A stretch of DNA of 64,000 nt from an uncultured Acidimicrobiia bacterium (lineage in GTDB: Bacteria; Actinomycetota; Acidimicrobiia; Acidimicrobiales; AC-14): contig CAWIIV010000020.1 in NCBI GenBank assembly GCA_963836205.1, forward strand, positions 96,001 through 160,000, given 5' to 3'. This document shows, in pieces, positions 9,077-19,366 of the stretch. The notes under the pieces are model-generated. The model was not told where the DNA came from. It did not search any database and saw only the letters and a program-made list of their open reading frames with translations. The position numbers and the translations under genes are program-made. The first letter of the stretch is position 1. Every line of letters begins with the position of its first letter.

Positions 9077-9772
9077 ATGGCGCTGACGCCGGTGCAGGTG
9101 CGCATCCTCGGGTGCCTCATGGAGAAGGAGCGCACCACTCCCGACAACTACCCGCTCACCCTCAACTCGTTGATGTCGGCCTGCAACCAGACCACCAACC
9201 GCCAGCCCGTGAGCAGGCTGGAGGAGGCCACCGTGAGCAACGCCCTGTTGAACCTGCGGGGGCTCAACCTGGTGCGGATCGTCTACAGCCGGTCGAACCG
9301 GGCCGACCGGTTCCGCCAGGTCCTCGACGAGGCCCTGGGGCTCGACGGGAGCGAGGCGGCCGTCGTCTGCCTGCTCATGCTGCGGGGGCCGCAGACGGCG
9401 AGCGAGCTGCGAGCCCGGAGCGAGCGGCTGCACCCCTTCGCCGACCAGGAGGAGGTCGATGACGCCCTCCGCCGCCTGGCCCGGCGGGACGAGCCCCTCG
9501 TGGCCCGGCTCGAGCGCCAGCCGGGGCAGAAGGAGAACCGGTGGGCGCAGCTGTTGGGGGGCGAGCTTCCGGGGGCGGAGGCACCCTCGCTCACGGCCGT
9601 GGCTCCGACCGCCGCCTCGGGACCGGACGGGCTCATGGCCGCGCCGGCGTCGTCGGTGCCGGTGCCCACCTCGGAGCGACTGGCGGCCCTGGAGGGGGCG
9701 ATGGAGGCACTCCGCGACGAGGTTGTCCGGCTCCGGGCCGAGCACGACGAACTGGTGCGGGAGCTCCATTGA
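9077..9772 (+). CDS. YceH / DUF480 family protein
   Basis: RILGCLMEKERTTPDNYPLTLNSLMSACNQTTNRQP, LMLRGPQTASELR. Confidence 0.9.
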   Translation: MALTPVQVRILGCLMEKERTTPDNYPLTLNSLMSACNQTTNRQPVSRLEEATVSNALLNLRGLNLVRIVYSRSNRADRFRQVLDEALGLDGSEAAVVCLLMLRGPQTASELRARSERLHPFADQEEVDDALRRLARRDEPLVARLERQPGQKENRWAQLLGGELPGAEAPSLTAVAPTAASGPDGLMAAPASSVPVPTSERLAALEGAMEALRDEVVRLRAEHDELVRELH

Positions 9773-9780
9773 GAACCCGG

Positions 9781-11574
9781 ATGGTCCTCGCCGCAGCCCT
9801 CCTGGCGCTCGGGGTCGCGACGGGCGCCAACGTGTCCGCGGCCGGCGGGGCCCAGTTCGGGAACGAGCGCATCACCAGCTACGACATCACCATCGCGGTG
9901 GAGTCGACGGGCGACCTCGCCATCACCGAGGTCATCGACTACGACTTCGGCGTCCTGGACCGCCACGGCATCTTCCGGATCATCCCCGTCCGCCTCCGCT
10001 ACGACGACCACTACGACCGGGTGTACCCCCTCACGGTGCGGTCGGTCACCGGCTCGCCGGGCACTCCCGACGAGTACGAGGTCGACACCGTCGGCGGCAA
10101 CAAGGAGATCAGGATCGGCGACCCCGACAAGACGATCTCCGGCGCCCACCGCTACACGATCGAGTACGTGGTGAAGAGCGGGCTCAACGGCTTCGCCGAG
10201 CACGACGAGCTCTACTGGAACGCCATCGGCACGGAGTGGGACGTTCCCGTCGAGCACGCCACCACTCGCGTGCTCACGCCCGGGCCCCTCACCGACGTGG
10301 CCTGCTTCAGCGGACCGATGGGATCGCTCCTTCCCTGCGTCCGGTCGGAGCTCCTCGATCGCGAGGCGATCTTCGTGACGGACAACCTCCGGCCCAACGA
10401 GGCTTTCACCGTCGTCGTCGGCTTCGAGAAGGGCTTCGTCCCGGCGCCTACGCCTGTCCTCGACGAGCGGTGGGCGTTCGACCGGGCCTTCGCCGTCACC
10501 CCGGCCACGGCGGGCGCCAGCGCCGGCATCCTCGCCCTGGTCGTGGGGGGGGCGGCGGCCCTGCTGTGGCGCACCGGCCGCGACCGGCGCTTCGCCGGCT
10601 CGCCCGTCGACATCGCCTTCGGCAGCGAGACGGGGCAGGAGCAGACCGTGCCCCTCATGGAGCGCCCGCTCACGCCGGTGGAGTTCGCCCCTCCCGACGA
10701 CCTGCGCCCCGGGCAGGTGGGCACGCTCATCGACGAGACGGCGAACACCCTCGACGTCACCGCCACCATCGTCGACCTGGCCGTGCGGGGCTACCTGCGC
10801 ATCGACGAGATCCCCAAGGAGGGGTGGTTCGGCAAGAAGGACTGGAACCTGGTCGAGCTCAAGGAGGCCAACGGTCTCCGCAACTACGAGCGCAGCCTGC
10901 TGGCCGCCATCTTTCGGGGCCGGAGCGAGGTCAAGCTGTCGGGCCTGAAGAACACGTTCGCCACCGACCTGAAGAAGGTGGAGGACCTGCTCTACGACGA
11001 CGCCGTGGCCCAGGGCTGGTTCGCCCGCCGCCCCGACCGCACCCGCACCCTGTGGACGGTGCTGGGCGTGTTGGCGCTGGCCGGCGCCATCGGGATCACC
11101 ATCCTGGTGGCGGCCACCACCCATGCCGGGCTGGTGCCGATCCCCTTGATGCTCGGCGGCGTGCTCCTGCTGTTCGGCGCCCGGCGGATGCCCCGGCGCA
11201 CGGGCAAGGGCACGGGCACCCTCCGCCGGGTGCAGGGCTTCCGTCGGTTCATCGAGGAGTCGGAGAAGGACCGGGCCCAGTTCGCCGAGCGCCAGAACCT
11301 GTTCTCCGAGTACCTGCCCTACGCCATCGTCTTCGGCGCCACCGAGAAGTGGGCCAAGGCCTTCGCCGGCATCGACGGCCAGCTGCCGGACACCGGCTGG
11401 TACTCCGGACCCAGCCATTTCACCGTCGGCAGCTTCTCCGACTCGATGAACGGGTTCGCCACCACCACCGCGGGGACGATCGCCTCCACCCCCGCCGGTT
11501 CGGGGAGCAGCGGCTTCAGTGGCGGCGGGTCGTCGGGCGGCGGGGGCGGCGGTGGTGGCGGGGGGTCCTGGTAG
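9781..11574 (+). CDS. DUF2207 family membrane protein
   Basis: Signal peptide, ERITSYDITI, ELYWNAIG, YLPYAIVFG, C-terminal GGGGGGGSW. Confidence 0.9.
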   Translation: MVLAAALLALGVATGANVSAAGGAQFGNERITSYDITIAVESTGDLAITEVIDYDFGVLDRHGIFRIIPVRLRYDDHYDRVYPLTVRSVTGSPGTPDEYEVDTVGGNKEIRIGDPDKTISGAHRYTIEYVVKSGLNGFAEHDELYWNAIGTEWDVPVEHATTRVLTPGPLTDVACFSGPMGSLLPCVRSELLDREAIFVTDNLRPNEAFTVVVGFEKGFVPAPTPVLDERWAFDRAFAVTPATAGASAGILALVVGGAAALLWRTGRDRRFAGSPVDIAFGSETGQEQTVPLMERPLTPVEFAPPDDLRPGQVGTLIDETANTLDVTATIVDLAVRGYLRIDEIPKEGWFGKKDWNLVELKEANGLRNYERSLLAAIFRGRSEVKLSGLKNTFATDLKKVEDLLYDDAVAQGWFARRPDRTRTLWTVLGVLALAGAIGITILVAATTHAGLVPIPLMLGGVLLLFGARRMPRRTGKGTGTLRRVQGFRRFIEESEKDRAQFAERQNLFSEYLPYAIVFGATEKWAKAFAGIDGQLPDTGWYSGPSHFTVGSFSDSMNGFATTTAGTIASTPAGSGSSGFSGGGSSGGGGGGGGGGSW

Positions 11575-11599
11575 CCGACCGCCCCATCGGACCTGGGCC

Positions 11600-11888
11600 A
11601 GAGGGGCTGGAGGTTGAGACAGTGGGCAGTCCGGGCAGTCTCCTAGGCGTGGACCGCGACGTCGACCGTCACGACGTCACCGCCGGGCTGGGGCCCGGCG
11701 ATTCACTCGTGTCGTCCACCGACGGCATCGTCGAGCGCCGCGGGGGCCGGCGGTCCTTCGAGGAGGACGGGGTGGCCGCCGTCCCCGAGGTGAGCGTCGG
11801 GAGGTCGGCCGACGAGGTCGTGGCCGATGCCGAGGGCACCGGCCGCCGCGTCGCGGGGGCGCCGCCCGGGGTCGGGGCCGTCGGCTGA
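11600..11888 (+). pseudogene. C-terminal remnant of a SpoIIE/RsbU PP2C phosphatase
   Basis: VETVGSPGSLLGV...LGPGDSLVSSTDGIVERR resembles the PP2C YTDG region; N-terminus missing. Confidence 0.65.
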
Positions 11889-12298
11889 TGCCGGGCGTCG
11901 GGTCGCAATCGGCGACCAGGTTCCCCGGCGTTCCCGAGAGCGCAGGCCAGGCCCGCCGGTTCGTTGGCCAGGTCCTGATGGCGGCCGGGCGGCCGGAGGC
12001 GGTGGAGGTGGCGGTCCTGCTGGTCAGCGAGCTGGTGAGCAATGCCGTGCTCCACGCCGGCACCGACATCGAGGTCGTGGTCCGGGTCCTCCCCGAACGC
12101 CTGGCGGTGGAGGTCCACGACCAGGGCGGGGGCCATGCGATCCGTCGGCGGTACTCGAACATGTCGGGAACCGGCCGGGGCCTGATGCTGGTGGAAGAGC
12201 TCGCCCGCGACTGGGGCACGGTGGTCACCGACAGCGGCAAGTTCGTGTGGTTCGAGCTCGAGCTCGCCCCCGCCGGGGCCCACCCGGTGAAAGGGTGA
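11888..12298 (+). CDS. RsbW-like anti-sigma factor / HATPase_c_2 protein
   Basis: SAGQARRFV, LLVSELVSNAVLHA, GRGLMLVEELARDWG, GKFVWFEL. Confidence 0.88.
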   Translation: MPGVGSQSATRFPGVPESAGQARRFVGQVLMAAGRPEAVEVAVLLVSELVSNAVLHAGTDIEVVVRVLPERLAVEVHDQGGGHAIRRRYSNMSGTGRGLMLVEELARDWGTVVTDSGKFVWFELELAPAGAHPVKG

Positions 12299-12780
12299 CG
12301 GAGTTGGTCGACATCGACCGCCTGGTGACCGTCCGCATCCTGGGGCTGCCGGTGCCCGTCTACCTGCGGGCGAGCGAGCACGGCGACGAGCTGATGCGAG
12401 AGTTCGCCCTCATCGCGGCCGGCGCCGATTCCGACGGCAATTCCGACCCCGGGGTGCCCGTCCGGCTCACGGCCGTGGTCGACGAGCTGCGGGGTCGCTT
12501 CTCCGGCTTCACCCTCCAGCCCGAGTCCGAGCTGGCCGCGGCCGCCGCCTCGGGTGCGGACACGATCGACCTCGAGTACCGACTCCCCCCGGAGGCGGTC
12601 CAGGCCGCCGTCGACCTGGGCGGCCTGCTCGACGAGGCCGACGAGTTCTGCCGCGCCGGCGACCTCCTCACCCTGGAGACGCCGCCCGAGGCCGTCGAGT
12701 TCCGGCGCTGGTTCCTCGGCGAGTTCGTCCGCCAGGCCGCAGGCGAGGCGCCCGTCCCCTGGTCGGACTGGAACGGTTAG
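12295..12780 (+). CDS. Hypothetical protein associated with the anti-sigma ATPase
   Basis: VRILGLPVPVY...EHGDELMREFAL...LDEADEFCRAGDLLTL...FRRWFLGEFVRQ; GTGA overlap. Confidence 0.75.
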   Translation: MTELVDIDRLVTVRILGLPVPVYLRASEHGDELMREFALIAAGADSDGNSDPGVPVRLTAVVDELRGRFSGFTLQPESELAAAAASGADTIDLEYRLPPEAVQAAVDLGGLLDEADEFCRAGDLLTLETPPEAVEFRRWFLGEFVRQAAGEAPVPWSDWNG

Positions 12781-12800
12781 CCCCGGGGAAGAAGCACGGC

Positions 12801-14246
12801 ATGCCCTTGCATCCCCGCGTCCTCGACGACGCTCCCGTCCCGACGCTCGACGACTATCTCGGTGGCGGCGGGGGGCAGGCCCTGCAGCTGGCGGGCAAGG
12901 CCGAGCCGGAGGGCGTGATCGGGGCCCTGGAGGACTCCGGGCTGCGGGGACGAGGCGGGGCCGGCTTTCCCACCGGCACCAAGTGGCGGACGGTGTTCGA
13001 CAGCCGCTCGGACACCCTCCCGGCGACGGTGGTGGTCAACGCGGCCGAGGGCGAGCCGGGCACGTTCAAGGACCGGGCCATCCTCCGCCGCAACCCCTAC
13101 CGGGTGCTCGAAGGGGCGCTGGTGGCAGCCACCACGGTCGGTGCCGACACGGTCATCGTGGCCATGAAGGCGTCGTTCACCCAGGAGCTGGCCCGGGTGC
13201 GAGCCGCGATCGGCGAGATCCAGCGGGCGGGATGGGGCGAGGGCATCGAGTTGGTCGTGGTCGAGGGCCCCAGCCACTACCTCTACGGCGAGGAGACGGC
13301 CCTGCTGGAGGTGATCGCCGGGCGCAACCCGTTCCCCCGCATCGCCCCGCCCTACCGCCACGGCACCGACGAGCTCGGCCCCGACACCAAGTCGGCGGCC
13401 GACGAGGCCATGGCGTCGGAGACGTCCGACACGGCCGCCGCCCCCACCCTCGTCAACAACGCCGAGACCATGGCCAACATCGCCGGCATCGTGGTCGAGG
13501 GCCCGGAGTGGTTCCGGTCGGTGGGCACCGACAAGTCGCCAGGCACGATCGTGTGCACGGTCACCGGCTCCACCCGCCGCCACGGGGTGGGCGAGTTCCC
13601 TATGGGCACGCCCCTGCGGGAGGTCATCGAGACCCTGGGGGGCGGGATGCGCAGCGGCGAGCGGGTGCGGGCGGTGCTGTCGGGCGTGGCCAACGCCCTC
13701 CTGCCGGGCCATCTCATCGACACCCCCGTCACCTACGAGGACCTGAAGGAGGCCGGGAGCGGACTCGGCTCCGCCGGGTTCATCGTCTTCGACGAGACGA
13801 ACGACCCGGTGGCGGTGGCGGCGGGCGTGTCCCGGTTCCTGGCGGTGGAGTCGTGCGGCCAGTGCACGCCGTGCAAGCAGGAAGGACTGTCGATCGCCGG
13901 GCTCCTCGAGCGAGTGGGCCGGGATCAGGCCGACCCCACCGACCTCGACGCCCTCCGGGCGAGCCTGTCCACCGTCACCGACTCCGCCCGCTGCTTCCTC
14001 GCCACCCAGCACCAGCAGGTGGTGGAAAGCGTCCTGCGCCTGTTCCCCGACACGGTACGGGCCCACCTCGACCAGACGGCGCCGGCGGTGGTGCCCGAGC
14101 TGATCGTCCCCATCGTCGACCTCGAGGGCGAGACGGCAACCCTCGACGAGGAACACGCGGGCAAGCAACCCGACTGGACCCACGACGAGGAGTACTCCGG
14201 TCAGTCCCCGGCCGACCGGGTCGACGCCAGCACGCCCCCCTTGTAA
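12801..14246 (+). CDS. Stand-alone NuoF-like FMN/[4Fe-4S] NADH oxidoreductase
   Basis: GLRGRGGAGFPTGTKW, NAAEGEPGTFKDR, YGEETALLE, ESCGQCTPC...RC. Confidence 0.85.
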   Translation: MPLHPRVLDDAPVPTLDDYLGGGGGQALQLAGKAEPEGVIGALEDSGLRGRGGAGFPTGTKWRTVFDSRSDTLPATVVVNAAEGEPGTFKDRAILRRNPYRVLEGALVAATTVGADTVIVAMKASFTQELARVRAAIGEIQRAGWGEGIELVVVEGPSHYLYGEETALLEVIAGRNPFPRIAPPYRHGTDELGPDTKSAADEAMASETSDTAAAPTLVNNAETMANIAGIVVEGPEWFRSVGTDKSPGTIVCTVTGSTRRHGVGEFPMGTPLREVIETLGGGMRSGERVRAVLSGVANALLPGHLIDTPVTYEDLKEAGSGLGSAGFIVFDETNDPVAVAAGVSRFLAVESCGQCTPCKQEGLSIAGLLERVGRDQADPTDLDALRASLSTVTDSARCFLATQHQQVVESVLRLFPDTVRAHLDQTAPAVVPELIVPIVDLEGETATLDEEHAGKQPDWTHDEEYSGQSPADRVDASTPPL

Positions 14247-14308
14247 CCACCCCCGGCGGTAGGGTGATCGCTCACCGGACGGGGACGGCCTGGCGAAGGG
14301 AGCTGGTG

Positions 14309-14871
14309 ATGGAAAGGACGACGTCCAGCGGGCGCGGTACGACCGGGTGTTCCAGGCCTACGAGAGCCCCGAGGGCGACCTCACCTGGGACAGCTTCTCG
14401 GCCCACATCGACACCCTGGCCGCCCAGCGGGGGATGGCCGCCGACTCGCCCGAAGTCGGCACCCTCCGGGAGGGGCTCCGGGCCTACTGGGACCAGCTGT
14501 CGGGCATGGCCGACACCGACCACGACGGCCGGGTCAGCCGCGACGAGTGGCGGGCGTTCTGCACGGGGATGACCGAGGTCGTGCGCCAGGCGGCGGCCGC
14601 CGGCGGCGAGTTCCCCCTCACCCCGTGGATCCGGGCCCTCTACGCCCTCATCGACGCCGACGGCGACGGGCGCATCACCCAGGAGGAGTACGGGAACTGG
14701 CTCGCCGTGCTCGGCCTGGCCGCCGACACCGACGTCGCCGCCGCCTTCGCCGGCTTCGACACCGACGAGAACGGCACCCTGTCGTGGGAGGAGTTCGCCT
14801 CGGCCAGCCAGCAGTACTGGTCGGACTTCGAGAACCTCGACCTGCCCGGCGCCCGCTGGATCGGCCCGTGA
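14309..14871 (+). CDS. EF-hand calcium-binding protein (calerythrin-like); probable 1-bp indel just after ATG 14309
   Basis: EF loops DTDHDGRVSRDE, DADGDGRITQEE, DTDENGTLSWEE; the coding frame extends upstream of GTG 14347 towards an out-of-frame ATG. Confidence 0.82.
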
Positions 14872-16010
14872 AGGCCCGGACCCGGTCCGGAGCCGCCCTG
14901 GCCCTCGCCCTGTCCGTGGCCGGGACCCTGCTGGCCGGCTGCGGGGACCCACCGTCGTCGCCGGGGCCGACGACCACCGAGCCCACCACGGCCACCACGG
15001 CCACCACCTCCGCGCCGCCGACCACCGTCGAGGCAGTCGACTACCACCGCTTCGGCGATCCGAAGGTGCTCACCAACGGGTTCCTCGGTCGGTCGAGTGC
15101 TGACGGGACGGTCCTGTTCGTCGAGGCCGTCGACCCCGAGCTGTCGAAGCCGGGGTGCGAGGGGCAGCCCGAGCCGGTGATGTTCCGCGTGCCCACCGAT
15201 GGCAGTCCCCGGGCCGCCGTCCTGGTCGACGGGGCCACCATCCGCGGCACCGTGGTGCGCGGACCGGAAGGGCGGGTGGCGGTGGTGAAGGGATGCGAGG
15301 AGTTCGTGTCCGACGTGCTGGTCGGCTCGGAAGCGGCCGACGGCACGTTCGCCGACCTCCGCCGGGTGCCCCTCGTCCGGGAGTCCGGGTTCCTCTCCGG
15401 GTTCGGCTGGTCGGCCGACGGCCAACGGCTGCTCGCCGGGCGCAACAACCTCACCCAGGAGACGCCGGCCGACATCGTGTCGATCGACCCGACCACCGGC
15501 GCCTCGACCCTCGTGTTCACCGTCGACGGAGCCGAATCCAGGGCCGTCACCCAGGTGGCCCAGCTCCCCGACGGCACCTACGTGGTGGCCGGATTCGGCT
15601 CGGTCAGCCTCCGTGACTCGACCGGTGCGGCCCGGGCCCGGGCGCCGGGCTTCGGGTTCACGGTCTCCGAGGCTTCGGGGGTGGCCGTCTACCGCGACGG
15701 CGTCGTCCTGCTATCGGACGGGGGCCCCCGGACGGTGGTCCCCGCCGAGCCCGGCGTCATCGTGATCACGGCCGCCTTCTCCCCCGACGGCGCCGCCCTG
15801 GTGTACACGTCCGGTCCCGAGGGGGTGGAGTCGGTCGCCGTCACCACGCTCGCCGACGGCCGCACGACCACCGTCGAAGGCCCCGCCGGGCGCCACCTGC
15901 GGGCGCTCTTCACCGGCGACGGGCGGGCGGTGGCCTTCAATCGCCAGCCCGACCCCGACGCCAACCCCGAGGCCGGCGCCGAGGTCGTCCTGGTCCCCGT
16001 CGGCGGCTAA
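14868..16010 (+). CDS. Lipoprotein with TolB/WD40-like beta-propeller
   Basis: Lipobox LLAGC, Thr-rich linker, WSADG/FSPDG/FTGDG repeats. Confidence 0.75.
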   Translation: MKARTRSGAALALALSVAGTLLAGCGDPPSSPGPTTTEPTTATTATTSAPPTTVEAVDYHRFGDPKVLTNGFLGRSSADGTVLFVEAVDPELSKPGCEGQPEPVMFRVPTDGSPRAAVLVDGATIRGTVVRGPEGRVAVVKGCEEFVSDVLVGSEAADGTFADLRRVPLVRESGFLSGFGWSADGQRLLAGRNNLTQETPADIVSIDPTTGASTLVFTVDGAESRAVTQVAQLPDGTYVVAGFGSVSLRDSTGAARARAPGFGFTVSEASGVAVYRDGVVLLSDGGPRTVVPAEPGVIVITAAFSPDGAALVYTSGPEGVESVAVTTLADGRTTTVEGPAGRHLRALFTGDGRAVAFNRQPDPDANPEAGAEVVLVPVGG

Positions 16011-16396
16011 CGGGCGGGGGCGGGCGGGGGGCGGGGCGGGCCGGAGCGCCGGAGGCGGCCGCCGTAGGCGACGGCCGTGGTGGCGACGGCCACGCCCAGG
16101 ATGCCGAGGCCGATGGCCGGGTTCATCCCCGACGGGTGCCACGGCGCCACGAGGTAGTGCTCCAGGTAGCCGCCGGCGTAGACCTCGTCGCCCGCCAGCC
16201 GGCGCAGGGCCTTCTCCCAGTCGGTCAGCGGGCAGTCGAGGCCGCCGGCGTAGATGGCGGCGGTGCCGGCGAGGACCACGAGGTGGGCCTTGGTGACCCG
16301 GGGATGGCGGCGGGCGACGAACCCGCCGGCGAGCAGGAACCCGATGATGGCGAGGTGGGACACCGCCACCGCGTCGGCCGCGCGTCGCAGGACCAT
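16007..16396 (-). CDS. DUF2784 family membrane protein
   Basis: HLAIIGF, CPLTDWEKALRRLAG, GGYLEHYL. Confidence 0.8.
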   Translation of the reverse strand: MVLRRAADAVAVSHLAIIGFLLAGGFVARRHPRVTKAHLVVLAGTAAIYAGGLDCPLTDWEKALRRLAGDEVYAGGYLEHYLVAPWHPSGMNPAIGLGILGVAVATTAVAYGGRLRRSGPPRPPPAPAR

Positions 16397-16441
16397 CGAA
16401 CGGCCAGGGTAGCGGCGGGCGCCGACCGAGCCGCCCCTCCA

Positions 16442-16493
16442 CGAACTGGTGACACGAAAGGTGGCCACCGCCACCGAAAACGTCACCGGTTCG
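16442..16493. repeat. 52-bp palindromic element, copy 1
   Basis: CGAACTGGTGAC-N28-GTCACCGGTTCG. Confidence 0.8.
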
Positions 16494-16509
16494 GGGTGTC
16501 GGTGTCGGG

Positions 16510-19344
16510 CTACCCGGTGTTTCGCAGCCCGGCGGCGATGCCGTTCACCGTCAGCAACAGCGCCCGGCGGAGCATGGGTGGGGGGTCGTCCGACGCCCGC
16601 AGGCGGCCCAGCAGGCTCACCTGCAGCCGGCAAAGGGGGTCCAAATAGGCCTGGCGGACGTCGAGCGTGCGTTGCAACTCGGGCTGGCGGTCGAGCAGCC
16701 GACGCTCACCGGTCAGGCGCAGCACCTCGTCCACCGTCCGCTCGTGCTCCTCCCGGATGCGGTCGAACAGGTGGTGCAGGCCGGGGTCGACGAGGGTGCG
16801 CACGTAGTGGCGGGCCAGGCCCATGTCGGTCTTGGCCAGGGTCATCTCCACGTTGGACACGAACACCCGGAAGAAGTGCCAGTGCTCGTGCATCTCGGCC
16901 AGCACGTCGCCGTAGCCGGCCTCCCGGGCTGCGGCCAGGCCCGTGCCCAGCCCGAACCAGCCGGGGATGATCTGGCGGGACTGGTTCCACGCGAACACCC
17001 ACGGGATGGCCCGCATGGAGTCGAGTCCCCCGCCGCCCTCGACCCGGGACGCGGGACGGGACCCGATGTTGAGGTCGCCCAGCTCGGTGACGGGCGTCGC
17101 CGTCAGGAAGTAGTCGACCAGGCCGGGCGCATCGACCAGGGACCGGTAGGCGGCGAAGGCGGCGTCGGACACGTCGTCCATGGCCACGTCCCACCGGTCG
17201 AGCACGTCCATCGGCTGCCGGGAATCCCGGTGCAGCAGCGACGCCTCCAGCACCGCCGCCAGCAGGATCTCCAGGTTGTGGCGGGCGAGGCCGGGCAGGC
17301 CGTAGCGCTCGGAGATCACCTCGCCCTGCTCGGTGATCTTCATCTGGCCCTCGAGGGTGCCGAACGGCTGGGCCAGCACCGCCTCGTGGGCTGGTCCCCC
17401 GCCCCGGCTCACCGTGCCCCCCCGGCCGTGGAACAGCCGCAGCAGCACCCCGTGGCGCTGGACCACGTCGCGCAGCCGGCGCTGGGCCCGTTGGATCTCC
17501 CACTGCGACGTGGTGATGCCGGCGTCCTTGTTGGAGTCGGAGTAGCCCAGCATGACCTCCTGGACGTCGCCCCGCAGCGCCACCAGCCGCCGGTAGGACG
17601 GGTCGGAGAGCAGCTCGTCGAGGATCTCGCCCGCCCGCCGCAGCTCGACGACCGTCTCCAGGAGGGGGACGAAGTTGATCCGGGCCAGGCCGGTGCGCAC
17701 GTCGACCAGGCCCGCCTCCCGGGCCAGGACGGCCGCCGCCAGCACGTCGTCGGCGCCGCCGGTCATGGAGACGATGTAGGTCTCCACGATCTCGTCGCCA
17801 TAGCGGTCGAGAGCCTGGCGCATGGCCTCGAAGGTGGCCATGGTGGCCGCCGGCCCCTCGGGCAGGACGGTGGTGGGGGCGATCAGGGGGCGCCGGCTGG
17901 TGAGCTCCCGGGACAGCACCCGCATCCGCTCCGACCGGAGGAGCCGCTGGTAGGGGACGGGGAGGTCCTCCAGCGGGTCGAACAGGGCGGCCAGGGCCTC
18001 GTGGTGCTTGGCCGCGTGCTCCCGCACGTCCATGGTGGCCAGGTTGAGGCCGAAGGTGGCGGTCGTCCGCATCATGCGGGCGACGACCCCGGCGGCGGCG
18101 GTGCCGCCCCGGTTGGTACGCAGCGACGTGGCCATGATGGCCAGCTCGTTCAGCAGCTCGAAGCGGTCGCGGTAGTCGAGGCCGTCGACATGGGACGTGC
18201 CCTCGGCCGCCCGCCGGGCGGTGTTCTCCAGCCGCTGGCGGATGTAGGCGCATTTCAGCCGGTAGGGCTCCTCGCCGTAGAGGCGCACCGAGCGGTCGTA
18301 GACCTCGGGCATGACGATGCGGTCCTCGGCCAGGCCGAGCAGCAGGTCCTCCGACACGGGGACGATGCGGGTGGAGATGCTCAGGTCGCGCACCAGGGCG
18401 TCGACCGAGGCAATCAGGTCGGCGATGCCCCGCTCGTGCTGGATGGCGAGCACGTCGAGGGTGACCTGCGGCGTGACGTTGGGATTTCCGTCCCGGTCGC
18501 CGCCGACCCACGTCCCGAAGCGCAATGGGCGGGCGCCCACGCCCAGGTCGACCCCCAACCGGGCCAGCTCCCGGGTGAGGTCCTCCAGGATGTCGGGGAC
18601 GACGGCCCGGCACAGCTCCTGCAGGTGGTACTGGATCGAGCTGGCCTCCTCCGACGGCTCGGGCTTGCCCTGGCGCAGCTCGTCGGTCTGCCACAGAAGG
18701 TCGACGACCTCGGCGAACCGTCCCTCGATGCGCTCCCGCTCGGCGGGGGACGCGTCCTGCCGGGTGCGGAGCAGCTCGGCCACCTGCCGCATCTTGGACA
18801 GCACCGACCGGCGGGCGGCCTGGGTGGGGTGCGACGTGAACACCGGCCACAGCTCGAGCCGGCGGACGACGTCGTCGACGAGGGTCGACGGCACCCCCTC
18901 GGCCTCGATGCGGTCGACCGCCTCCGCCAGCCGTCCGCCCCGGCCCGACGTGCGCTCGACGTGGCGGGCCTGGTGCACCTGCTGGACCACGTTGGCCAGG
19001 TGGAACCAGGCCGAGAAGGCCCGCACCAGGAGGATCTCGGTGGGCAGGTCGACCCCCGCGAGGACCGCGCCCAGGCGGGCGTCGGCCTTCTCCCCCGCAT
19101 CACCGCCGTCGTCGTCGTCCGGCTGGCCCTCGTGCGGCCACGTGGCCCGGGTGGCGCGCTGCACCTCCTGGACCAGGGCCGACAGGGCCGGGCCCTCCTG
19201 GCGGTCGAGGGACTCCCCGAGCATGCGCCCGACCCATTCCAGGTCGGCCCGTACTGCGGGGGCGTCGGGGTCGGGCTCGGCCACCGTGTAGCGCGCTGTG
19301 GCGGGAGCCGGAGCCGGGGCCGGGGCCGCGGTCGGGGGCGTCAT
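16510..19344 (-). CDS. ppc: Phosphoenolpyruvate carboxylase
   Basis: VFTSHPTQ, WVGGDRDGNP, VMLGYSDSNKDAG, LFHGRGGTVSRGG, C-terminal GIAAGLRNTG. Confidence 0.97.
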   Translation of the reverse strand: MTPPTAAPAPAPAPATARYTVAEPDPDAPAVRADLEWVGRMLGESLDRQEGPALSALVQEVQRATRATWPHEGQPDDDDGGDAGEKADARLGAVLAGVDLPTEILLVRAFSAWFHLANVVQQVHQARHVERTSGRGGRLAEAVDRIEAEGVPSTLVDDVVRRLELWPVFTSHPTQAARRSVLSKMRQVAELLRTRQDASPAERERIEGRFAEVVDLLWQTDELRQGKPEPSEEASSIQYHLQELCRAVVPDILEDLTRELARLGVDLGVGARPLRFGTWVGGDRDGNPNVTPQVTLDVLAIQHERGIADLIASVDALVRDLSISTRIVPVSEDLLLGLAEDRIVMPEVYDRSVRLYGEEPYRLKCAYIRQRLENTARRAAEGTSHVDGLDYRDRFELLNELAIMATSLRTNRGGTAAAGVVARMMRTTATFGLNLATMDVREHAAKHHEALAALFDPLEDLPVPYQRLLRSERMRVLSRELTSRRPLIAPTTVLPEGPAATMATFEAMRQALDRYGDEIVETYIVSMTGGADDVLAAAVLAREAGLVDVRTGLARINFVPLLETVVELRRAGEILDELLSDPSYRRLVALRGDVQEVMLGYSDSNKDAGITTSQWEIQRAQRRLRDVVQRHGVLLRLFHGRGGTVSRGGGPAHEAVLAQPFGTLEGQMKITEQGEVISERYGLPGLARHNLEILLAAVLEASLLHRDSRQPMDVLDRWDVAMDDVSDAAFAAYRSLVDAPGLVDYFLTATPVTELGDLNIGSRPASRVEGGGGLDSMRAIPWVFAWNQSRQIIPGWFGLGTGLAAAREAGYGDVLAEMHEHWHFFRVFVSNVEMTLAKTDMGLARHYVRTLVDPGLHHLFDRIREEHERTVDEVLRLTGERRLLDRQPELQRTLDVRQAYLDPLCRLQVSLLGRLRASDDPPPMLRRALLLTVNGIAAGLRNTG

Positions 19345-19366
19345 GGGCCGGCCATGCCCAGGTCGG

